Assembly (NCBI RefSeq): GCF_964194155.1
Contig: NC_135900.1
Coordinates: 52,886,001 to 52,950,000 of the forward strand
From: Cetorhinus maximus
Lineage: Eukaryota
DNA: 64,000 nt
Reading direction: 5' to 3'
The notes below the pieces were generated by a model. It saw only the letters and a list, made by a program, of their open reading frames with translations, had not been told where the DNA came from and did no database searches. Both the position numbers and the translations under genes were made by a program. The stretch's first letter is position 1. Every line of letters begins with the position of its first letter. Shown piece after piece: positions 1 through 64,000 of the stretch.

Positions 1-119
1 AGTTCACTTGGCACCATTTGGCTCAGCCAAGGGCAGGGGCTCACTTTGTTTAAATCGTTGTACAGGAATCATGAGGTTAAACTACTCTTTATATGATTCT
101 GCCATCTTGTAGTACAGCA

Positions 120-125
120 TTTATT
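120..125 (-). promoter_or_regulatory. Candidate polyadenylation signal AATAAA for the FGD4-like 3' UTR
   Basis: TTTATT on the plus strand, about 775 nt downstream of the stop, in AT-rich sequence; no transcript evidence. Confidence 0.3.
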
Positions 126-899
126 GTGGCTCCTGTCCACTTCCTTTGATTATTTTACATTTCATGTTTAAACTTTTACTGTATTTCCTAATAAATAAAC
201 TACCCCATGCACACAAATAACTGTGAATTCTTTTGATTCTGAAGTTTACCTGTAACTGCTACATAGGTGAAAAAAGGGATACTGCAGCTTTAATAAATAC
301 AATATTACATCAAATCTTTGCCAATGTTATAACACAAGGTTAATATCTTTTAGAAGATCAGAGAACCTATGATTAAACACAAAAAACAACAGTCTCTAAA
401 GAACTTAGGTTGGTGCTTTTCTGGGAGACATGAATATCTGGGATATAAATCACAACTTCAGATTTCATAAATATCAATCCTGCAGATTATTGAAAAACAT
501 CTTCTATACAACTTTAACTTTACTTCTTAAACTAACAGCAGCCAGAAAGATGGAGAAGGAATTTGTAACGAGACCACCACAACTTAAATCTTCTTTAATT
601 GACCAGTTTTTTTAAAATTAGAAGCTGATGCTGGACAGTCTTTAGGGATTCCAGATTCGAGGTGTGTTCAAGTGAATAGTTTCAAAAATGGCCGAACAAA
701 TGTAGATTTGTGAGTGCTGCAGATTTAGTTCAGGATTAAGAGGGCCACAGATACAGTGAACATAGATATTTCATTTTAAGGAATGGATTTAATTTCTTTT
801 TGTATATAATCTATTTCACATGCTTCAGAAATTGTCATCAAGCATCTTTGGACCCTCTATGTCAGCTGTTGGTAGCTTGGTCTGCCTCACACTGGTTGC

Positions 900-56164
<55,265 letters not shown>

Positions 56165-56264
56165 CTACAGGAGATAAATTCAGGCATTACATTTATGAAC
56201 AATGATTGAGTCCACAGAACAGTACACTGGGTCTCCAATGTGTTGTGTCATGGAAGGTTAGCAT

Positions 56265-57903
56265 AGCCAGGATTTTTCCTATGGTGGGTGGGGCCGGGGC
56301 CAATCGCCGCCCACAATTGGCTCGGCACCACCATTTTACACGGACGGGCCAATTAAGGCCCGCCCAGCGTAATACGTGGCCGGTAACACCCAGCGCTACG
56401 TGTGTGTGTGTGTGGGGGGGGTGGGGGGGGGCACGGAGGGGGCGGGGGAGGGAGAGTCGAAAGGGAGAGTCGAAACAAAATCGTGGATGAGGTTTCCTGA
56501 AAAATGCGAAGGCCGCTTGGGCTTTCTGCCTGTCTGCCAACCTTAAGGTTGGACGGGCAACATTCTCAAGTGGCTCATAGACACATAGAAACTAGGAGCA
56601 GGAGTAGGCCATTCGGCCTTCGAGCCTGCTCCGCCATTCATTATGATCATGGCCGATCATCCAACTCAATAGTCTGCTCCCGCTTTCTCCCCATATCCTT
56701 TGATCCCTTTCGCCCCAAGAGCTATATCTAACTCCTTCTTGAAAACATACAATGTTTTGGTCTCAACTACTTTCTGTGGTAACGAATTCCACAGGCTCAC
56801 CACTCTCTGGCTGAAGAAATTTCTCATCTCAATCCTAAATGGTCTACCCCATATCCTCAGACTGTGACCCCTGCTTCTGGACTCCCCCACCATTGGGAAC
56901 ATCCTTCCTGCATCTACCCTGTCTAGTCCTGTTAGAATTTTATAGTTTTCTATGAGATCCCCCCTCATTCTTCTGAACTCCAGCAAATATAATCCTAATC
57001 GACACAATCTCTCCGCATATGTCAGTCTCGCCATCCCAGGAATCAGTCGGGTAAACCTTCGCTGCACTCCATCTATAGCAAGTACATCCTTCCTCAAATA
57101 AGGAGGCCAAAACTGCACACAATATTCCAGGTGTGATCTCACCAAGGCCCAGTACAATTGCAGCAAGACATCCCTGTTCCTGTACTCGAATCCTTTGGCT
57201 ATGAAGGCCAACATACCATTTGCCTTCTTTACCACCTGCTGCACCTGCATGCTTACCTTCAGCGACTGTTGTACAAGGACACCCAGGTCTCGTTGCACAT
57301 TCCCCTCTCTCAATTTATAGCCATTCAGATAATAATCTGCCTTCCTGTTTTTGCTACTAAAATGGATAACCTCACATTTATCCACATTATACTGCACCTG
57401 CCATGCATTTGCCCACTCACTCAGCTTGTCCAAATCACACTGAAGCATCTCTGTATCCTCCTCACAGCTTACCCTCCCACCCAGCTTTGGCTCATCTGCA
57501 AATTTGGAGATATTACATTTAATTCCCTCATCTAAATCATTAATATATATTGTGAATAGCTGGGGTCCCAGCACCGATCCCTGCGGTACCCCACTAGTCA
57601 CTGCCTGCCATTCGGAAAAAGACCCGTTTATTCCTACTCTTTGTTTCCTGTCTGCCAACCAGTTTTCTATCCATCTCAATACACTACCCCCAATCCCATG
57701 CGCTTTAATTTTACACGCCTATGATTTCTTAATGGCCTTAATAGGCTGTTTAAATTCTGGCGGGCACGCAGCCGACTCTGGCATACACCCACCCAACGAA
57801 ATATTGCGATGATGTCGGGATGTATGCCTGACGTCATTGCGTGTCATTTAGCGCATCGGCATGTTGGGCCCACCCCCGCACGCTGACTGGAAAATTCTGC
57901 CCC
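56265..57903. mobile_element. Harbinger-family MITE, split by a CR1 insertion
   Basis: Ends AGCCAGGATTTT / GAAAATTCTGCCC; CAT on both flanks; MITE sequence resumes near 57717. Confidence 0.8.
56576..57716 (-). mobile_element. Young CR1 (HER1-like) LINE, 5'-truncated; RT C-terminal 337-aa ORF
   Basis: SGVPQGSVLGPQLFTIYINDL, KFADE, FRRMRGDLIE; tail ggccgaatggcctactcctgctcctagtttctatg. Confidence 0.95.
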
Positions 57904-58527
57904 CATGTGTTTTGGTGCTCTAGATTCCCCAAGCTGTGAATTTATAATGAAAATGACTTAGAAGTTCAACAGTGTACCTTCTACAAAGTGACACATCACA
58001 GATGTGTCAAAAATGCACAAAAATCATGTAAGAATAAGAGTGACACAAAGGTCCTGATGTGTAACTCATCGTGTGAAAAAGGGAAGTGAATGTTTAGGTC
58101 CAAAATTTGAAAGAAACATTCTTGGAAGAATTAGTTACAAAAATTAATGTTGAAACAACCTGTTAAGGAAGTAAAGTTTAGTTCTATGCAGCACAGTGTC
58201 TGCAACTCAAACAAAGGTGCATGTACAGCAAGGGCAGGGTTACAAAGGGGATTTTTAGATATGGAATACAAATTTCCCAGAACTAATAAGAAAAGCATGA
58301 ACATTTGCTATTAATACATTTAAACGTTAAATTCACTTTAACAAAGTCTACAACTGCTGTATCCTGTACACTTTTTGTCACAAAATGCAGCCTAGAAAAC
58401 TCGAGGAGGTTCAAAGGTACATAGCACAATTTTGATATAAAGTCGCTGAGGAGATGGGAGCCTTGTTACTGAAAAATTTTAAACAAGGACAATGAGAAAT
58501 ATAAAGGTGTGCATTATTTTGTTGAAG

Positions 58528-59937
58528 GTGTTACGATTTCAGACCTAATCCCACCCCCCTTCCAAATTATGTTACAGTCCCAGATGAGAACCAAATTTTG
58601 TTATGATCCGGTTAGGGACATGTAACCTTTTTTTGTTAAATTAGAGAAAATTTTAAATCCTAAGTATTTACTATGAGAATAAAGCCACAGGATTCCACGG
58701 TTCTAAACACACAGAAGAATTTTTACTATACAAAAGTCATCTTATTTTATACTCTAATATCCAGAATTAACATGAATTAACAGGCAAATTGTGGTTGTAC
58801 ACACCACAAAATGCATGCTAAATGCCAAGACAGATCCCGTGAATTTTCTCAGCAAACTACCAAGATGTCAAAGACAAACAAAAACTCTTTAAAACTCTAC
58901 CTTCCTCCTTGGGATTTCATCAAAGATCTAGCCTCCAATTTCCCTTAAACGCCTCTCCAACTCAGACTGCCCCATCGACTGCTCACCTCCCAGTCACTCA
59001 ATCTCTTCCCTTGAGACTGTGTCCCACTGGATTTACTCCAACAGCTAGTTACTGGCATAATTCCAGCTCCCCAGCTACTCTGAGCAGAATGCCACTGCTC
59101 AAGAGCTTTGATTTTCCCCCCAGCTCCTAGCTTCACGTAGCAGACAATTGTACTTCAGCTTCACTGAGCAGACACTACTCCCCACAAGTTTCTCTGAGCC
59201 CTAACTCCCAGCTTCATGGAGCTAATAGCTGCTGTTCACTTCCGCTTCAACGAATTGATACCTGCCCTGGGCTTCTCTTAGTTCCAATTTTCCTACCAGC
59301 ACAAAGCTAGCAACCTTCTGCTGCCCCCTTCAGCTCCAGAGTTATCTGAGCAACCACTGGTTACCACAGGATGCTGCTCATTCAGCAGCACGGAGCTAAT
59401 GGCAGCACTTCAGCTGCATGAACCGAGCCTCCTCTTCGTCTGCTTCCTACAGGCTGCTATTCACTCTGCTGCTTGAACTGATCTGAGAGACCTGTTAATA
59501 TCTCCCAACCGGGTTCCACTCCCGCTCTGAGGCGGGGTATGTTGCATCAACCTTGGTACATTCTGTACCTTAAATGTTACAATCTCCAGTTGTAAGCTAC
59601 TAACTTACAAAATCTCAAGACAAAAATCCAAAAATGTAGATTTCCTCAGAAATGTGTATAGTGGATAAGGGAATAGTTAACTATTTATGGGGAAATTTAA
59701 CATTAAGGTTTCTAAATTAGATTGGTATGAGATTCTACCACAAAAGAGTAAACCCTGAGCAGCTAAATAACCTCATTTCAACCCCAAATGTTATTGTCCT
59801 TTGGCATACCCAGACTGGTGTTATTTTACATACACACACATATGCTATATTCAGGGTAGAATTAGATTAAGCATATCTACAATTTGTGTTAATCCATCTA
59901 GATTTACAACTCCTAAAGGAGGGACACATATACAACA
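58528..59937. mobile_element. Probable LTR-like repeat(s)
   Basis: Begins TGTTAC (three TGTTA starts within 80 bp) and ends TACAACA; no TSD found. Confidence 0.3.
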
Positions 59938-60707
59938 CATTAAAAAAATTGAAACTTAGATGAAAAGCTTAGGGCCATTGTGGTGGAAGGAAAGGGTAGA
60001 GAGAAAGAGTAAATGAGAGAACTTATGGACCTGACAACATCTTTCAAAACTGTCTCAAAGAACTCATATGAAGTGGCATTTAAAACTTAAAGGCAATGAA
60101 GAACATAAATTGAATCAGGAAACTATGACGACTTGATGCCAATCTCAGGTCTTAAATTTTGATTTGTAGAAGTAAACAATGAATTTGGGTTGGATAGCAT
60201 TTGATGAATCTTGTTTTCAAGATGGTGAGAATGATGGGAGGAGGAGGGACATACTAAAAAGCAGAGTTAGAGCTTAGAGGGAGTAATAAGTCTGCCATAG
60301 TAAAATCAATAAAAGAGAAAAAGAGAGCTCAGGGGATTGTATATCAGTTTATTGATCAGTTCTTGTATTTTGGATTTGGAAGATGATATTAGAAGAATCT
60401 TCCCAAATGAGAGAGCAGATTCCAGGTTTGGGCTGCATAGAAAGGATTAAGAGTTGTTGCAGGCAAAAGTAAAACTGTTTTGGCATAAAAAAAAATCTAA
60501 ACTTCTTAGTGGCAGCTTTAGCTGTAAAGATAATGTGGAGGTTCTATTTGAGATGGGAAGAAAGAGTAAGACCAAGGATATCAATTCTTTGAAGAGTCAA
60601 GAGTTGGACAAAAGGGTAAGAAATTTTAGCTGGCACACAGGACCAAATTGCCTCATATCTGTGATGCATCAACAAGGGAGCTGTACCAGCATGCTAACTC
60701 TAGATTA

Positions 60708-60990
60708 GTGTACAAGGACACCTAAATCCCTCAGAACACCAATATTTACTAGTCTCTCATATATCAAAAACATAATCGACTTTTCTATTCTTCTTACCAG
60801 AGTGGATAATTTCATATTTACCAACATTATATTCCATCTACTACCTTCTTGCCCACTCTCTTAACTTGTCTATATTCCTTTGCATCCTCCTCGTAGCTTA
60901 CTTTTCCACCTATCTCTGTATTGTTAGCAAACTTGAAAGCACTACATTCAATCCCCTCATCTAAGTCATTGATATAGAGAGCAAATAGGT
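60708..60990 (-). mobile_element. Decayed CR1 RT fragment
   Basis: Colinear with 57270-57560 (tgtacaaggacacc, cccctcatctaa). Confidence 0.7.
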
Positions 60991-61329
60991 GTGAAAGATG
61001 AGTGGCATAACACCTTCAGGTGCCAAGCCCTAAAATCAGTCTTTCTCAGCATTCTGCTTTAGAATACTCCTCAGGCTAATACACCTTGCAGTTCCACTCA
61101 TTCTTCTCTCTCCAGAGATCACATACCTGTTTGAATAACCAACTCTTAACTCACTTTCATCTTTGTGCCATCTTACACTCTTACCTCACAGTCGCCATGT
61201 AAAAATACAGCAATTTCCTCCTCTCCACACAATCTATTTCTCATACTCGCAACTCTCTCATCTGCAAGGAGAAAAAGTAGCATGCAAGGGGGGGGTTGGT
61301 GGTGGTGGTGGTGGGGGGCCACGATTGGA

Positions 61330-61530
61330 AGCGACAAAGGGTCTCCACTGGCAATACATGCCCTCCTGGTCTACTGGGAAGGAGGTCTTGCTCTGGGAGG
61401 CTGCAGAACTCAGCAAAGACCTGCCATGAAAGCCTGAGGCTCCTGAGGCACTGGTCACACATGTCGAGCAAACTGATCTTCTGCTTGCAAACCCTGTACT
61501 GGGCCATCCTCTCTATTTTGTGGAGTGCCA
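61330..61530 (-). pseudogene. N-terminal fragment of another Harbinger transposase family
   Basis: YRVCKQKISLLDMCDQCLRSLRLSWQVFAEFCSLPEQDLLPSRPGGHVLPV parallels RVYRRRSSYLNMSEVQC.RR.HLS..V..IC..IGPEI..N.VGGH of the other copies. Confidence 0.6.
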
Positions 61531-62528
61531 TGTGACTGAGGAAAAGGCAGCGAATGCTGCTCCTTTTGTTAACAGGGGTTTTCTGCACAGCTGCAAACCA
61601 ACCCGAGTCAAATCTAGAAGTGGGTGAGGTCATGTCGGGTTCCTGGCGCAATGTCACTTCTTGGGGGTTTGATCCCCTGCCTGCACCTGAGCCCTCCTCC
61701 CCTTGGTAATTAAATTTGTGTCTTGAGGCTCATCATCAAACCAAAATTACCAAAATACTGTCCAAAAATAAGGTACATTCCAGATTGTAGGGCACACAGA
61801 GTCATACAGCCATACAAACCAATTAAGTCCTAATAACACTGAACATGTGCATAACAGGACAAAACTAGGTCGTATACCCAGATTACATGGTAGAGAGGAG
61901 TGGCGGGGTACAATTGACCTAAACAAGCAAATTTCTTCACGAGAAGGTTGACAAGGGCAAGCAGTGCAGTTTCCTTTAATGACACTTTTTGCCTTTTATA
62001 CAAACTGTGCACTCAGCCATTTAACACATCTAATGCAAATTTGTGCTCCCAATGTAGTCCTGCCTTATAATTTTGCAACTATATTGTAATTACATCATTA
62101 AGTCACTGAAACAATACTTATCTTTCACAAGTGTTTTCCTTCAGCAAAAATGCCCCTTTAAACATCACAGAGCAATCAACCAGGGCACTGACATGAATCT
62201 TTTTTAAAAAAATTGTCATAATATTATTGTGATTTATTCTAAAGTAGGTTTATGGGGGTGGGGGGAGTTGTGTTTTTCAGTGTGAGAGTAATTTAATTAC
62301 ATTTTGTAGCCAAGCAGGCTGCAAGTTGAAATTATCAAAAGAAGGTGTAGAAGTGCCTTTAAAATGTTAAGTAGGTAAACATGGTTGGGGTCTTAGCATG
62401 TAAGGTGTGAAGGGAATTTGCATTTTTAGATAGATGAAGGGAGGTTTGAATTTTAACGAGGTTAATGAGAATATTGGCAACATGAAAAGATTTATATTAT
62501 GAGAAAGGTAAAGTTCCAAAGACATATG

Positions 62529-63185
62529 GGGCAGAATTTTACCTCCATTGTGGGGGGGGGGTTGGTTGAAGATTGGGCGCGCAGAGGTGTGCCTCCGATC
62601 GGCACCCCGAATTGGGGGTGCGCCGCCATTTTACATGGGCGAGCCAATTAAGGCCTCCCCAGCATGACGTCCAGATGGAAGCGCTATACGCTGCCTGTGC
62701 GGGTGGGGGGGAAATCCCTCAGCTAAGTGCTGCCCCAGTAAGATCAGCTGTACGTTAAAAAATATTAAAAATAGAGAAAAAAATTCCCTGACATGTCCCC
62801 TCATGCGACACTATCACATGAGTTGGGACATGTCCATAACTTTTAAAAACACTTTAATTAAATTTTTAAAAACCTACATGAAACCTCATCCTGCCCGTGG
62901 ATGAGGTTTAATGCTTTTTCTAATGCCCGCCGGGGCTCTTGGCCTGCCCGCCAGCCTTAAGGTTGGACGGGCAGGTCCATTAATTACTTTAATGACACTG
63001 TCAATGGCCCCAATTGGCCATTGACAGGTCGGTGGTCCCGCAACTGATTTTGCTGAGCACGCGCCTTCCTGAAAATTTAAATGGGGTGCGGTGACGTCGG
63101 GAGTTCCACTTGACGTCACTGCGCATTATTTTACGCGTCGGCGAGTGGGCCCCACCCCCCACTCACCGACAGGAAAATCCTGGCC
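62529..63185. mobile_element. Harbinger-family MITE, opposite orientation to the 27920 and 30898 copies
   Basis: Ends GGGCAGAATTTT / GAAAATCCTGGCC; flanks ATG/ATA; abuts the LTR-like fragment at 62228-62528. Confidence 0.85.
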
Positions 63186-63201
63186 ATAGAATTTACATAT
63201 T

Positions 63202-63791
63202 GGACAGAATTTTCCCCTCATCAGGTGGGTAAGGTGGGTGGGCCTGGGAGTGGCCACGCAATGGACTGCTGCCCACGATCCAGTCCCGACCGTGATTTCA
63301 TGCTGGCAGACCAATTAATGGCTGGCCAGTGTGAATCGCACGCTGAAATGCTCAACACTGCCTGGGTGTGGGGGGAGGTAGGGGGAGAAAGGCAAGCGTG
63401 GAAGTCAGCGCATGCACACGGGTGTGGTAAGTGAAAACTCCGTCACATGAGCAGGGGCATGTTAAAAATAAGTTTTAATTTTTTACTGGTTGAAACCTCA
63501 TCCCACCCGTGGATGAGGTTTCGCAAAAAACGCAAAGGCCACTTGGCCTATTCGTCCACCCACCAATCGAACGGTTGGATGGGCAGTGAAAAGTTCCATT
63601 TAATTAATTGATTAAGAACCTTAATAGGCCTCTCAATTGTCGGTGGGCGCATTGCTGCTTCTTGTGCATGCCTGCCGAGCGAAATATCGCGAGTGTGCAC
63701 GATGGCATCAGGACGCTCGCCCAACGCCATCGTGCACTATTTTACTCCCGCCCAGGTTGGGTGCATGCCCGCCAAGGGAAAGATTCTGCCC
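63202..63791. mobile_element. Harbinger-family MITE, 16 bp from the preceding one
   Basis: Ends GGACAGAATTTTC / GAAAGATTCTGCCC; flanks ATT/ATA; internal gaaacctcatcc..ggatgaggtttc. Confidence 0.82.
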
Positions 63792-64000
63792 ATAAAGAGA
63801 GAGAAACGTTTATGAAGGAGAATGAGGGTATGTGGCAAGGGAAGGCATTGTGAGATCTAACAGAAGTGTGTGAAATAGCCTAAATGAAGCCTCCAGTATT
63901 TGTGCATTACCCTGCTGTCTACAGAAATTGAAGCTGGAGAAAGCCATTTTGAATTCCACTGTCCATGGTAGTGTGTTAATTTGCTGGATCTGTTTAAAAT

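Noticed and set aside
63910-63990. Further upstream FGD4-like exon (GTAATG donor-like site on the minus strand)
   Set aside because: The frame required by the phase-2 junction contains a TAG, and there is no similarity to the expected DH N-terminal exon.

Overview
Vertebrate genomic DNA; the repeat content (CR1/HER1-type LINEs, DeuSINE/SacSINE-like SINEs, Harbinger elements) suggests a cartilaginous fish, which is inference. The window holds the last 12 coding exons of one minus-strand gene, an FGD4 (frabin)-like Cdc42 GEF: C-terminal DH, PH1, FYVE and PH2 domains. I spliced these by hand at GT..AG sites into 1465 nt of open frame, about 487 aa; the 5' exons are not found in the window. The introns are densely packed with transposable elements, often nested: two-gene PIF/Harbinger transposons (Myb/SANT-like gene plus HARBI1-like DDE transposase) and at least six related MITEs, a nearly intact Tx1-clade LINE with a 12-bp TSD, CR1 LINEs, a Gypsy-like LTR element, solo LTRs and SINEs. 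The most notable observation is a ~3.2-kb ORF1-less CR1/L2-group LINE whose 5' UTR starts with a tRNA-Thr(AGT)-derived Pol III-type head. Two SINE copies in the window look like internal-deletion derivatives sharing both its head and its tail. Most ORFs in the supplied track are spurious or TE fragments. Repeat boundaries are by eye and approximate unless a TSD or TIR is quoted.
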